Under the pieces are notes generated by a model. The model did not search any database. It was not told where the DNA came from and saw only the letters and a program-made list of their open reading frames with translations. From positions 352,001-416,000 of the forward strand of contig OY969554.1 in NCBI GenBank assembly GCA_963700985.1: DNA of 64,000 nucleotides, given 5' to 3'. Source of the DNA: an uncultured Chlamydiales bacterium. Its GTDB lineage: Bacteria; Chlamydiota; Chlamydiia; Chlamydiales; Rhabdochlamydiaceae. Below, piece by piece: positions 48,102 through 58,430 of this stretch; the first letter of the stretch is position 1; every line of letters begins with the position of its first letter. A program made the translations under genes and the position numbers.

Positions 48102-48482
48102 TTAGTCCATACCCAGTTCTTTATGCAGCTTCTGCGTCAGGTTATAGCAATGCGCGACTTTAGCTTCGTCAACCCATCCGCTAGCGCTATGCACGATGCC
48201 ATCTATACTATCTAAATACTCGTCTACAACCTTAGGAAGTTGGCCGCCCGCTTGTGTGGCAAGTTTTTGCATATCAGGGCCGAATTTGATTAAGTCTCTT
48301 TTAGTTTTCTGATTGGCCAAAACAACCTGTTCTTGGGTGCCTTCTGCCATTAAAACCAATAGGGATCCGATGTCAATGCTAAGCTTATGTTCGATATCCG
48401 CAATCTGTTGTTTTACCAATTCAGTAGGCGCGTTTCCTTTTTTAGGCTCGCTCGATTTATCTTTTTTTCGTGGAGTCGTCAT
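48102..48482 (-). CDS. Hypothetical protein
   Basis: 126-aa ORF with GGGG RBS-like site; fills the gap between genes. Confidence 0.65.
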   Translation of the reverse strand: MTTPRKKDKSSEPKKGNAPTELVKQQIADIEHKLSIDIGSLLVLMAEGTQEQVVLANQKTKRDLIKFGPDMQKLATQAGGQLPKVVDEYLDSIDGIVHSASGWVDEAKVAHCYNLTQKLHKELGMD

Positions 48483-48622
48483 GCGTTTATTCCCCCGTAT
48501 TTAAATCTGTGTATAGCCGCTTCATTAATACGACTCAAATAAATTCTTACATTGCACAGAGGCTAGGGTTTAAGCTAGATTGTTCAGGTGAGTCTATGGA
48601 CTAAAAATATTGAGGTAAGACA

Positions 48623-48907
48623 ATGATGACACTTTTGACACTCAGTACGCTCTTTTTTGGGAACATCCCTAATGAAGCTGCCTCTTTAAATCCTCCTGCT
48701 GGAGAGCAGCAAGTTGTAGCTGCGGAGCCACAAGCCGCTCCCATCGAACAACCGACTATTGTTCCTGTGAGACAACTGGTAGTGGACGATGAAGAAGATA
48801 ACTCGAACAATCCTCTCGATGATGACTCCTACGAAAATGGAGATGACATGGATGAAGACTCCTCTTATGAAGAGGATGAGTACGACGACGAAGAAGACGA
48901 AGACTAA
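48623..48907 (+). CDS. Small exported-looking protein with very acidic Asp/Glu tail
   Basis: GAGG RBS, hydrophobic start, DDEEDN...EDEYDDEEDED; followed by a terminator. Confidence 0.7.
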   Translation: MMTLLTLSTLFFGNIPNEAASLNPPAGEQQVVAAEPQAAPIEQPTIVPVRQLVVDDEEDNSNNPLDDDSYENGDDMDEDSSYEEDEYDDEEDED

Positions 48908-48921
48908 TCACCTCTGTAAGC

Positions 48922-48955
48922 GCCTAGAAGCTTTTTCAGCTTCTAGGCAATTTTC
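48922..48955 (+). terminator. Rho-independent terminator
   Basis: GCCTAGAAGC-TTTTTCA-GCTTCTAGGC-AATTTTC. Confidence 0.7.
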
Positions 48956-49206
48956 ATTCACAAAGTTCAGCTTTTCTCTCTTAAAAAACATCGATTTTGA
49001 TTTGATGCCTTAATTGCAAAATCTATTTTTAATTATAATTAACTTAATCGTTTTTTGTTTTTAGTTGTAATATTAAATCTTTTAATTATATGATGAGTTC
49101 ATGGGGCGAGAAAAGAAGTATGAAGGCTCCCGATAAATATTGCTCTATTTGGGTGACATAATATCTCAAAGGCAATAAGACAGGAAAAAGAGAGGGAGAG
49201 AGATAA

Positions 49207-49845
49207 ATGACAAGGCAGCTCGTAGGAAATCCATGGTTGAAAATGTGGACACGGCCTCGAGAAACGATTCGTGGGATTGTTCAAGACGATCCACGTTATC
49301 AGATCTGGCGGCTTGCTGCAGTTTATGGCTTTCCGATGCTTTTGCATTTAGCACAGAGTTTTTCTCTGTCCGCATCTACTCCTCTTTATATGATTCTGTT
49401 GGGCTCAGCTATTTTAGCTGCGCCTGTCGGGATGTTAGGTTTTATGATCACAAGTGCACTGATCCATTGGACAGGAAGATGGTTGGGTGGTGTCGGTAGT
49501 TTTCTACAGATCCGCGCAGCCGTAGCTTGGTCGAATGTAACCAATCTAGGAACAGGGCTTTTATGGCTGGTTCTTGTGGGGGCATTTGGATGGCAAGTGT
49601 TCTTTAAAACCTTTCCTCAATCTCCATTTACAGGGGTCAGCCTTGCAGTTGTAGGCATTGTCTTCATACTGCAAACGGTTTTATCCATCTGGTCGTTTGT
49701 CCTTCTTTTTCAGTCTCTGGCCGAAGTCCAAAAGTTTTCGGTCTGGAGAGCCATTGTCAACATCATATTGCCCTTTGTAATCGTAACTGTCGCGCTCTGG
49801 GCAATTTTCGTCTTCGTATGCTGGGCAGTAGGAATGAAAAGTTAA
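49207..49845 (+). CDS. Yip1-family membrane protein
   Basis: NPWLKMWTRPRETIR, WTGRWLGG.G...IRAAVAWS, LAEVQKFS.WRA. Confidence 0.8.
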   Translation: MTRQLVGNPWLKMWTRPRETIRGIVQDDPRYQIWRLAAVYGFPMLLHLAQSFSLSASTPLYMILLGSAILAAPVGMLGFMITSALIHWTGRWLGGVGSFLQIRAAVAWSNVTNLGTGLLWLVLVGAFGWQVFFKTFPQSPFTGVSLAVVGIVFILQTVLSIWSFVLLFQSLAEVQKFSVWRAIVNIILPFVIVTVALWAIFVFVCWAVGMKS

Positions 49846-49855
49846 AGAGGGATAT

Positions 49856-50458
49856 ATGGATAAATCATTCATTAAAAACATAAAAGATCTAATCATCGTG
49901 AGCGCCATTGGTTGCGCAGCTCTTCTCCAGCCCAGTCTGTTTGGTGGTGAAGCCGGAAATAAAGTTAAAGATAGCAAACGCATAGAGATCAAAAGCGCGT
50001 GGCAGGAATTTCACTCTGCGGTTGGAAGCTGCTCTATGCTATTTCCAAATCAGCCCGATCACGTTAGCGAGAAAATGAGCGATGGCCAAGAAGGCTTTGA
50101 TCTGAAATACGATGCTTATATTGCGAACATCGAGAAAAAAACCGTCTTTATGCTGCTCATTGCGCAATATCCCGACTTTGTCGATGAGACTTATGCTCAA
50201 ATAAGCTTAGAGAGTTTCTTAAACGGCTTGCTCTCTCATAACCCCGCTAACCAGCTCATCTTTGCTGACCTAGTCTTAGTCGGTGGACGAGAAGCGCTAG
50301 ATTTCTTTATCCGCACCGGATCTGTCTTCTTTAAAGGCAGAGCGATGATGGTAAAAAATAGCCTCTATCTCATGGCTATGGAATGCGAAATGCAACACTA
50401 TGATGAAACTGACTTCAATCAGTTCATCAACTCCTTCAAACTAGCTGCTAAGAAATAG
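49856..50458 (+). CDS. Exported hypothetical protein
   Basis: N-terminal signal-like segment, GAGG RBS, probably co-transcribed with the Yip1 gene. Confidence 0.7.
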   Translation: MDKSFIKNIKDLIIVSAIGCAALLQPSLFGGEAGNKVKDSKRIEIKSAWQEFHSAVGSCSMLFPNQPDHVSEKMSDGQEGFDLKYDAYIANIEKKTVFMLLIAQYPDFVDETYAQISLESFLNGLLSHNPANQLIFADLVLVGGREALDFFIRTGSVFFKGRAMMVKNSLYLMAMECEMQHYDETDFNQFINSFKLAAKK

Positions 50459-50608
50459 TTTAAGTCTTTTTAAGCTGGGGCGGCTAGGTAACTTACCTAA
50501 CCGCCTCACGCATTTACGAGTAAAAGAAGCCAACTTCCAATAGACTAGATCAAGAATTTAAAACTCTCGAATCGAGCGGTTAAACTTCTCGATTTGGCAT
50601 TAGTCAGG

Positions 50609-50905
50609 TTAGATAGCGGTGGGGCGGATTGCAATATTTAGATTGCAGGCGTGCAAGATCGCTACAAGAGAATTAAATCTAGGGTTACCTTTAGTCGATA
50701 ATGTGCGGTATAGGCTTTCTCTGTTTAGATCTGTTTCGTTCGCAAGTTTTGAAATGCCTCCATTAGCATCAGCGATATCTTTCAAGGCAATTAGAAATAC
50801 TTGAGGATCTTCATCTTCTAAAGCAGCATTCAGATAAGCAGCTGCAGCTTTTGGGTTCTGAAGGCGTTTATGAAGATGATCTTTGTAGTTTCTAAGTTTT
50901 TTCAT
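50609..50905 (-). CDS. Addiction-module antidote (HI1420-like HTH antitoxin)
   Basis: AAYLNAALE...F..AL..IA.A.GGISKLA.ET.LNRESLYRTLS..GNP; ATG 50905 overlaps the toxin stop. Confidence 0.92.
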   Translation of the reverse strand: MKKLRNYKDHLHKRLQNPKAAAAYLNAALEDEDPQVFLIALKDIADANGGISKLANETDLNRESLYRTLSTKGNPRFNSLVAILHACNLNIAIRPTAI

Positions 50906-51160
50906 TTTTTGCTCTTTTGCAAGTAATCTTCCCAATATACTTTAGCTGTTTTAGTATCCTTTTTTTGATTTGATTTGTCTCCAGCACAAAGCAAAATAAC
51001 CAGCCGTTTTCCTTTTTGACCATAATAGATGCGATAGCCAGGCCCATAACTAATCTTGAATTCGTATATCCCGCTACCGAGAGACTTGCTATCCCCAAAA
51101 TTGCCCCCATGGCTCTTTGCCTGATGCAAGAGCGTATAATTCAATTTCGATGTGATCCAT
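50902..51160 (-). pseudogene. RelE/ParE-superfamily addiction-module killer (HI1419-like), broken by an internal deletion and frameshift
   Basis: Frame 1 MDHIEIELYALASGKEP then stop; frame 2 GNFGDSKSLGSGIYEFKISYGPGYRIYY...LCAGDKSNQKKD; the usual intervening helix is absent. Confidence 0.75.
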
Positions 51161-51171
51161 AACGTATTCTC

Positions 51172-51201
51172 ACTGTAGTAAATAAGCTACACAATTGTCA
51201 A
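51172..51201 (-). promoter_or_regulatory. Sigma66/70-type promoter with overlapping palindromic operator for the TA operon
   Basis: TTGACA-18nt-TACAGT on the minus strand; TGTAG-N8-CTACA at 51174-51191. Confidence 0.6.
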
Positions 51202-51289
51202 TTTTTTTGGAAAAACAGAGTAAACAATTTACAGAGGCAAGCCGATGAAGTGCAATCAAAGATTATGCATAAACGAATAAAATTTCTTG

Positions 51290-52189
51290 CTAGAAGGCGT
51301 AGGCAAGGGTGAAGCGGCCATAGGGAGCGCCATTGTATTTATAGTATTTGGGATGGTGGTTGTTGTGATCTTTGATCTGGATCCAGCCCCCGATGTTCCA
51401 ACCCACGCCGAGACCTGCAGAAAGCTTGCCTTGGTAGTTGTAATTGAGATCGAATTGTGCGCCTGAAGAATAGACTTCGAAGATCCCTCCTCGAAACTGT
51501 CCGATGCCTCCATGAGCGCGCCAAGGGTGGCGATAGAGGCGCCCGAAAGTAGCGTATTTAATATCGCATGACCAATTGGGGTTAATCCAATAGGTGAGGG
51601 AGGTGTCGATGGGAAAGATCAAATTGAGCTGCCAGCGTTTCAAAAAGCGGTAGTCGATGCCAAAGAGGGGTAAGACATATCCATTTTTGATGCCATAATG
51701 GCCGTTCCAGCCGATATGCAGGCCTGTGCTAGGGCTGAGAAAATAGCGTCCCCACATGAGTCCATAATAGACGCCTGTGCGGGTAAAGTTGAAGCTACGA
51801 GTGTCCACTGTGGCTGTGCCAGAAAAAATCCAGCGCCATCTTTCAACGGAAGTTGAAACCCACCCCAACGAAGCTACAGCTAGATGGTAATTTTTACCCG
51901 TGAATCGGGGGTTTTTATCCCAGCCAAATTTCATGGCTGAATAGCCCACTTCCCAAGCCAGACTATTATTTTCAGTTAGGGGATGAGAGAGAAAGGCAGC
52001 GCCATATCCATCGGCGTAACGCATGTGCGAGCCTTCCACAGGATGCGTGTGAAATTTGGCCTGTCCTACCGCTCTAGCCTCTGATTCAAAATAGAGCTGG
52101 GGCTTTGTGCCGATGAAGCCGTAATCGGTAAGGAGGACATAAGAGGAGCAGAGAAGATAGATGGGAAGTAGAAGCGCAGCGCGTTTCAT
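51290..52189 (-). CDS. Putative outer membrane beta-barrel protein
   Basis: Signal-like N-terminus, aromatic amphipathic strands, terminal LAYAF. Confidence 0.7.
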   Translation of the reverse strand: MKRAALLLPIYLLCSSYVLLTDYGFIGTKPQLYFESEARAVGQAKFHTHPVEGSHMRYADGYGAAFLSHPLTENNSLAWEVGYSAMKFGWDKNPRFTGKNYHLAVASLGWVSTSVERWRWIFSGTATVDTRSFNFTRTGVYYGLMWGRYFLSPSTGLHIGWNGHYGIKNGYVLPLFGIDYRFLKRWQLNLIFPIDTSLTYWINPNWSCDIKYATFGRLYRHPWRAHGGIGQFRGGIFEVYSSGAQFDLNYNYQGKLSAGLGVGWNIGGWIQIKDHNNHHPKYYKYNGAPYGRFTLAYAF

Positions 52190-53808
52190 TTTGTTGTTGT
52201 CCTTTCTCCACCTAACATTCTAAGCAGCTCCTTTTCTCGTTCTAAATGGTCCAGTGTACGCGTAGCAGTGGTGGTGCGTCCATCCGTTTCGCTTTTGCGA
52301 ATGCCCACGTGATGATCCGCAAAACGTGCCACCTGAGGGAAGTGCGTGACACAAACCACTTGTCGAACTTGTGCAAGCTTGTGCAGTCGTTCACCGATTA
52401 AAGAGGCAGTTTCGCCACCCACATTCGCATCAATTTCATCAAAGACAAGAATAGGCGTGCGGTTTTTTTCTGCAAGTGTTGTCTTAATCGCCAGTAAAAG
52501 ACGAGAGAGTTCGCCGCCGCTGGCGCACGCTTGTACGGGCAATAGCGCCTCTCCGCGATTAGCGCGCATCGAAAAGAGCACGGTTTCATCACCCGAAGCT
52601 GTACGCGGAGCTGGTTGAACTTCAATTTTTAGCTCAGCCGAAGGCATATTAAATGTATGCAGCACTGAGGCGAGTTCAGCTTGCCATTTTTGTGCTGCAA
52701 GAGTGCGCGCGTCGGTTAGCTGTTTAGCCAGCGTGCTGCTTTCTTTTTCTAGCAAAGCAATTTGCATTTTATGCTCTTCAATCTCTTGATCAAGTGCTGC
52801 GAGTTTTTCCAGGCGTGTGTTTAATTCTTCTTCGTAGAGTTTGACCTCGTCTGCTGTGGTCTTGCCTATTTTGCGTTTAAGTAGGTGCATCTTGGCCAAG
52901 CGTTCTTCTAGGTAAAGTAATCTTTTTGGATCGGCTTCATCTTGCTCTAAATTTCGGCTGAGAATTTCGCCAACTTCTTTGAGGGGAATGAGCGCTTCTT
53001 GAAAAAGAGGGGATGCCTCTTCAAGCACAGAGTCAATTTTAACAGCAGCATCAAGCAGGGGTTTTAAGCGGGCGAGCTGGCCTAAAATCGCTTGGGGGGA
53101 GTCGCAAAGCGCGTTGTGTAAAGTGTGCAGTTTTTCTAATAGTTCTTGGCGATTAGAAAGTTTCTGATATTCGGCAAAGCAGCTCTCTTCTTCATGAAGC
53201 TTAGCTTCTTGTAGCTCCTGTTGCTGGTAGGTGAGAAATTCGATCTCTTGATCGCGCTTCTGGTTTGTCAGAAGAAGTTGTTCTAAGCTCAAACGCAGCT
53301 GTTTTTCTTTTTCCCAAGAGATGGAGTAACTGAAAAGTGTTTCTTGCAGATCAGCATAAAGGTCAAGAAGCGCACGTTGCTGCTCGGTCTGTTTGAGCGC
53401 TTGGTGCGAGCTCTGATCGATCAGATCGCACAAAAGCGCGCCTGTTTTTTGTAAGAGAGGCAGGGGAACGGTTTGACAGTTAATCTGTGCGCGGCTTTTG
53501 CCTTCGCGTGTAAGCTCTCTGCGCATAATCAGCAGTTCATTTGGGTCAGTTTCGATTCCTGCTTCTTGTAAAATCTGCCAAACAGGCGAAGAAGCATTTA
53601 AGTCGAAAGCGGCCTCAACACTGGCTTTGTCAGCGGAGCTGCGCAAAAAATTAGCTTGGGCACGCTCACCGAGAATAAGTCCGAGTGCGGTGAGGATGAT
53701 CGTTTTGCCCGCGCCTGTTTCTCCCGTGAGAACATTCAATCCTTTTTCAAAGGTGATCTCAGCATTTTCGATTAACGCCAGATTTTTGATGTGTAGATAA
53801 GAGATCAT
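52186..53808 (-). CDS. recN: DNA repair protein RecN
   Basis: LTGETGAGK, ASGGELSRLLLA, FDEIDANVGG, VTHFPQVA. Confidence 0.96.
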   Translation of the reverse strand: MISYLHIKNLALIENAEITFEKGLNVLTGETGAGKTIILTALGLILGERAQANFLRSSADKASVEAAFDLNASSPVWQILQEAGIETDPNELLIMRRELTREGKSRAQINCQTVPLPLLQKTGALLCDLIDQSSHQALKQTEQQRALLDLYADLQETLFSYSISWEKEKQLRLSLEQLLLTNQKRDQEIEFLTYQQQELQEAKLHEEESCFAEYQKLSNRQELLEKLHTLHNALCDSPQAILGQLARLKPLLDAAVKIDSVLEEASPLFQEALIPLKEVGEILSRNLEQDEADPKRLLYLEERLAKMHLLKRKIGKTTADEVKLYEEELNTRLEKLAALDQEIEEHKMQIALLEKESSTLAKQLTDARTLAAQKWQAELASVLHTFNMPSAELKIEVQPAPRTASGDETVLFSMRANRGEALLPVQACASGGELSRLLLAIKTTLAEKNRTPILVFDEIDANVGGETASLIGERLHKLAQVRQVVCVTHFPQVARFADHHVGIRKSETDGRTTTATRTLDHLEREKELLRMLGGERTTTK

Positions 53809-54716
53809 AAACTGCGCAGGATATCTTCTTTCGTTTTGAAGTGAAGCTTAGCGACTTTACCAAGAATCTCTTCTCCATGTTTACGCACAAGTGAGCGTCC
53901 GGCTTCAAGCACTTTTTGCGAAGCTCCTTTTGGTAAAGCGAAAGAGATAGAATTGCTGAGCTCGTCAATCCCTTGAAGAAAAGCGGCGCGCGCCAAAATG
54001 GAAGCTGCGGCTACCACCGGATCAGATTCTGCACCATGCCGTTGAGTGAGATTGACATCCAGATCTTTACGTTTTAAAGCCGAGATAACCAGATGTTCGC
54101 TTGCAAATTGATCGATAATGACGTTTGGACATTGAGTTTTGGCAACCAGATCACCGATCGCAGTGGCGTGGCCCCAAGCGAGCAGGCGGTTCAAGTTTTT
54201 GAAGTTGCCATAGAGTTCATTGTATTTGGGTGGAGAGATTTTAACGATGCTATGCGGAAAGCCTTGGCGAATTTTAATGCTGAGCGCTATGACAGCTGAG
54301 TCGGTCATTTTTTTGCTGTCGCGCACGCCGATGGCCATTAGTTCTTTGATCTTTTCACCACCAGCTTGTACGCCGGCGATGCAGAGCGGTCCGAAGAAAT
54401 CGCCTTTGCCAGCTTCATCAATCCCGATATGCGGTGTAAGGTCAAGTTTGGCATCTGGATAAGTATAAGAAACGTCTTTCAAGATTTCAGGCTCTAAATA
54501 GAAAGTGATAAACTCATCCTTTCCTTTGCCCTGGACCGTAAGCTTGCCCGATGTGTAAAGAGTGCAAGAGACCCCAGCTTTTTGGGCTGAAAAAAGTGTA
54601 TGTACTGGCTGTGTGAGGGTAAAACCTTGATGCACGAGATCTTCTCGCAGCTTTTCAGCGAGGTTCACATCTATAGTTGCTACAAAACAGGCTGGCGCCT
54701 TGCGATCAGAAGACAT
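53805..54716 (-). CDS. rnhC: Ribonuclease HIII
   Basis: TBP-like N-domain (LYTSGKLTVQG), IGIDEAGKGDFFGP, VAAASILAR. Confidence 0.95.
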   Translation of the reverse strand: MSSDRKAPACFVATIDVNLAEKLREDLVHQGFTLTQPVHTLFSAQKAGVSCTLYTSGKLTVQGKGKDEFITFYLEPEILKDVSYTYPDAKLDLTPHIGIDEAGKGDFFGPLCIAGVQAGGEKIKELMAIGVRDSKKMTDSAVIALSIKIRQGFPHSIVKISPPKYNELYGNFKNLNRLLAWGHATAIGDLVAKTQCPNVIIDQFASEHLVISALKRKDLDVNLTQRHGAESDPVVAAASILARAAFLQGIDELSNSISFALPKGASQKVLEAGRSLVRKHGEEILGKVAKLHFKTKEDILRSL

Positions 54717-54839
54717 CCTTCCATTGTGTCATTGATCTTTAAAAAAGACAAGAAGCGAGAACCGACTAAAGAAGTTATTTTAAAGCGATAATACTTGAGG
54801 AGCTTTTCTTCCATGGCTCCCATTAGGCTCGCGCTGCCA

Positions 54840-55664
54840 TTAGGTTCGTGCTGAAGGTATAGCCGAAATTTTAGATTCGCTGACCTCTTTCTTTTTTTCG
54901 TCTTTTTCCGCGCCTGTTTTTTCAGGTTTTTCAATCTGTTGAGATTCAAAATACGCAACCAGGCCACTTAATTCTTCTCTCCACGGAAATTCTTTTTTTG
55001 CTCCCCACGGAAATTTAGTTTTTCTGGGGTCGCTTGGCTGCTCTTTTCTTTTTTTGCTAGCGGCTTCCCACTCTGGGCTTTTCCAAGGAGCTGCGATCTC
55101 TTCAAATCCGAGATGGGCGGTGCCAGATGCTTCACTCAGTTTCTTGACTTTGACAAATTTAAAAGTTTCTTGAGCTACTTCGCGGATTTTTGAATGAGAA
55201 AATGTATTACAAAGTTTGTCGCATCTTCTTATTTCAGAGTGGGTACGAAGTTTGTTAAGCCCAGGTGCTTTTGAAAGCGTATCAGTAGGACGAAAAACCC
55301 ATTTGTTTGCATCGATATCGACACAAAAAATCACCGGAATTAACGGAAGCCCCATTTTTTTTCGCTTGAAGTTTTCAAAGACGATTTGAACCAATGTAGC
55401 CTTGCAGCTGCGTTTGACATCTTCATTATAGTCGACTTTAATGCGTTCGATTTGTGTGCCGTCAAGAGTGAGGAGCGCGTCATCGTTGATGAACTCGTCT
55501 CCAATCCGCCAGTCTAGCACATGTTTAAAAGGTGCTGTTGCTCGATCTTCTTTTATCTGCTCGCTAATAAGTTCAAACAGGCAATCTTTGTAGCCATAGA
55601 CCACTATGTGCTTACTGCCATTACATATCTTAGATAGAGAATCGTAGTGAATTGAAATTGACAT
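54840..55664 (-). CDS. Hypothetical protein (orphan, candidate effector)
   Basis: 274 aa, AT-rich upstream region, Lys/Glu-rich tail. Confidence 0.7.
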   Translation of the reverse strand: MSISIHYDSLSKICNGSKHIVVYGYKDCLFELISEQIKEDRATAPFKHVLDWRIGDEFINDDALLTLDGTQIERIKVDYNEDVKRSCKATLVQIVFENFKRKKMGLPLIPVIFCVDIDANKWVFRPTDTLSKAPGLNKLRTHSEIRRCDKLCNTFSHSKIREVAQETFKFVKVKKLSEASGTAHLGFEEIAAPWKSPEWEAASKKRKEQPSDPRKTKFPWGAKKEFPWREELSGLVAYFESQQIEKPEKTGAEKDEKKKEVSESKISAIPSART

Positions 55665-55921
55665 AATGCAAAACTCTCATTAATTAGTAGGAGTAATTAT
55701 ATAATAAAATCGCTTATTTTTCAATAAATTACTTTAATATATAACATGCTTATTGTTAGGTGTTTATATTTTTTGCAAATTGCGAAATCCTACGACAGAA
55801 AAAAACCTTAAAAAGAGCAAAAAACCAAAAATTCAAACATCAAGATAGGTGCATATTGCTCAACTGTGGTAAAGATAAGAGACCGTTTTAAATTCGTTGG
55901 CAGCAGGCTTGGAGGTTTTTT

Positions 55922-56329
55922 ATGAGTGAAGAGATGAAGCGTTTAGGCACAGTACTGAAGGGAAGAAGAAAAGAACTTAATCTCTCGCTGAAAGAGATCG
56001 AAAATTCTACATCGATACGATCTGCTTATTTAGAAGCGATTGAAGAAGGCAGGATTCAGCAGCAGGTCGCTGGAGTCTATGCTTCTGGTTTTATGCGCCA
56101 ATACGCAAGTTTTTTAGGTCTGGATACCGAAAAAGTCATGCGTGAGCACCCGATCGCGTTTAAAGTGCCGTCTGAAAAGCATGAATTTGCTTATGGAATT
56201 GGCACGTTGGAAGCGAGAGGAAGCATGGGCGGGGGTGTGAAGTGGTTTCCAAACCTCGTATGGGCAGGAGCTTCTGCAGTCGTTTTAGTTGTGGCGTGGT
56301 ATCTTGCGAAGTATCTCGGGGTTATCTAA
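55922..56329 (+). CDS. RodZ-like HTH membrane protein (CT009-like)
   Basis: LG..LK.RR...[16 protein letters not shown]...Y..GF...YA..LGLD; C-terminal TM. Confidence 0.88.
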   Translation: MSEEMKRLGTVLKGRRKELNLSLKEIENSTSIRSAYLEAIEEGRIQQQVAGVYASGFMRQYASFLGLDTEKVMREHPIAFKVPSEKHEFAYGIGTLEARGSMGGGVKWFPNLVWAGASAVVLVVAWYLAKYLGVI

Positions 56330-56342
56330 ACACACACTGAGC

Positions 56343-58400
56343 ATGGCAACTCCTCCATTTACCAATCGGTTAATTCATGAGAAATCGCCCTATCTCCAGC
56401 AGCATGCGCACAATCCTGTTGATTGGTATCCCTGGGGTGATGAGGCTTTTGAAGTAGCCCAAAGTAGCGATAAGCCGATCTTTTTATCAATCGGTTATGC
56501 GACCTGTCACTGGTGTCACGTGATGGAGAGTGAGTCGTTTGAAAATGTCGAGCTCGCTCAGCTCATGAACGATGCTTTTGTCAACATCAAAGTCGATCGT
56601 GAGGAGTTACCTCACATCGATAGTCTTTACATGGAATTTGCGCAGGCGCTGATGGGTTCCTCAGCTGGTTGGCCACTCAATGTAATTCTCACGCCTGAAC
56701 TTAAACCTTTTTTTGCTGTAACCTACCTTCCTCCTCGCAGTCGTCAAGGATTGATTGGCTTCGATCAGTTTATCGCTCAGATTAAACAGCTCTGGCAAAG
56801 CGACGAAAAGGCGCAACTGCTCGAACAGGCTGACAAGTTAGTTGAAGCTTTTACGGATGCGGTGCAAGACTCGGGTGATGAGCTGCCCAGCGAAGATGAG
56901 ATTGAGGATGCAATTGAAGTCATTTTTCAATTAGCTGATCCTATTTTTGGCGGTTTTAAAGGCGAACCCAAATTTCCTCTGGGTTACCAATCAGAATTTC
57001 TTTTGCGTTACGCAAAAGCTCACGAAGACAGTCGGGCTCTTTTTTATGTTGAGCTCACGCTTGAAATGATGTGCCGCGGCGGGATTTACGATCATCTCGG
57101 TGGGGGATTTTCACGCTATGCAATCGATGAGCGCTGGATTGTTCCGCACTTTGAAAAAATGTCATACGACAATGCCATTCTAGCTAAGGCTTACTTGGAA
57201 GCGTGGAAATATACCAAAAGGCCGCTCTTTCGTCGGGTGACGGAAGAGACGCTGCAATACGTGCTTCGCGAAATGACCAGTCCAGAAGGGGGCTTTTATT
57301 CTGCCCAAGACGCCGATACAGATGGCCGCGAAGGACTCTTTTATACGTGGACATTAGCCGAAATCCGCGCTGTGCTTTCACCGGAAGATGCGGATCTTTT
57401 TTGTAAATATTATGGCGTGACCGAAGAGGGGAATTTCGAGGGAAGAAACACTCTGTATGTTGCTCATCCGCTTGAAGAATTGATAGATGGCAAAAAAGAG
57501 CTTCTCGAAGAGTATTCAGCGCGGCTTGTCAAAGCGCGCGAAGCCTTATTTAAAAAACGCCAAGAGCGTCCTCAGCCGTTTAAAGACGATAAAATTTTAT
57601 GTTGCTGGAATGGGCTCATGATCGATGCCTTTGCAAGCGCCGGTGCCGCCTTTAAGAATCCGCAATACACCGAAGCTGCCTTGAAAGCTGCGGGTTTCAT
57701 CCGGACACATCTTTGGAGCAATGGAAAGCTTTTAAGGCGTTATCGCGAAGGTGAGGCAAAGTTTTCGGCTGCCATGGAAGATTACGCTCTTTTAATCAAA
57801 GGGCTTCTAACCCTTTTTGATTTGGGACTAGGCAATGAATGGCTCAAATGGGCAATCGAGCTTGCAGAGGTGCTATCTGATCAATTTAAGGCGCCAAAGG
57901 GTGCATTTTATCAAACTACTGAAAAAGAGATCATTCTGCAGAAGTGCGATTTCTATGATGGTGCTGAACCTTCTGGAAATGGAGTGCACTGCGAAAATCT
58001 TCTGCGGCTCTTTCAGCTGACTCATGATGAAAGCTATAGACGGCAAGCCGAAGATATCTTAAAAGCTGTGAAAGGCTATATGGAAGCCTATCCGCCGGGT
58101 GCTTGTTATCATCTTATGGCGCTTAGCCGATACCTCGATATGAAAGCTTCCACAATAGTGGTCGCTTTTGATGCACAAAGCACACTTGAGACAGAGATTA
58201 GAGATTGGATAAATACCCGTTTTTGTCCGCATCTGGAAGTGATTTGGAAAAAGAATAGCGATGGCGATCTTCTGCTTCCTGAAGATGTTGATAAGACGCC
58301 AATTGAAGGGCAGACCACAGTTTATCTCTGCAGACAGAATTTTTGTGAGCCTGCATTGACTGATAAGGATAAGATCGAAAAAGCTATCTTAAGTTTATAG
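56343..58400 (+). CDS. YyaL/SSP411-family thioredoxin-domain protein (DUF255)
   Basis: [42 protein letters not shown]. Confidence 0.95.
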   Translation: MATPPFTNRLIHEKSPYLQQHAHNPVDWYPWGDEAFEVAQSSDKPIFLSIGYATCHWCHVMESESFENVELAQLMNDAFVNIKVDREELPHIDSLYMEFAQALMGSSAGWPLNVILTPELKPFFAVTYLPPRSRQGLIGFDQFIAQIKQLWQSDEKAQLLEQADKLVEAFTDAVQDSGDELPSEDEIEDAIEVIFQLADPIFGGFKGEPKFPLGYQSEFLLRYAKAHEDSRALFYVELTLEMMCRGGIYDHLGGGFSRYAIDERWIVPHFEKMSYDNAILAKAYLEAWKYTKRPLFRRVTEETLQYVLREMTSPEGGFYSAQDADTDGREGLFYTWTLAEIRAVLSPEDADLFCKYYGVTEEGNFEGRNTLYVAHPLEELIDGKKELLEEYSARLVKAREALFKKRQERPQPFKDDKILCCWNGLMIDAFASAGAAFKNPQYTEAALKAAGFIRTHLWSNGKLLRRYREGEAKFSAAMEDYALLIKGLLTLFDLGLGNEWLKWAIELAEVLSDQFKAPKGAFYQTTEKEIILQKCDFYDGAEPSGNGVHCENLLRLFQLTHDESYRRQAEDILKAVKGYMEAYPPGACYHLMALSRYLDMKASTIVVAFDAQSTLETEIRDWINTRFCPHLEVIWKKNSDGDLLLPEDVDKTPIEGQTTVYLCRQNFCEPALTDKDKIEKAILSL

Positions 58401-58430
58401 GACAATTATTAATAATCGGAGGATAGGTTC

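Noticed and set aside
27149-50507. Similar hairpins GGGCGGCTA...ACCGCC at about 27149 and 50478 as a repeat family
   Set aside because: Short, and each lies just downstream of a gene; adequately explained as terminators
50892-51144. ORF-track 80-aa and 72-aa ORFs as an intact toxin
   Set aside because: The true N-terminus is in another frame starting at 51160; these calls are by-products of the deletion
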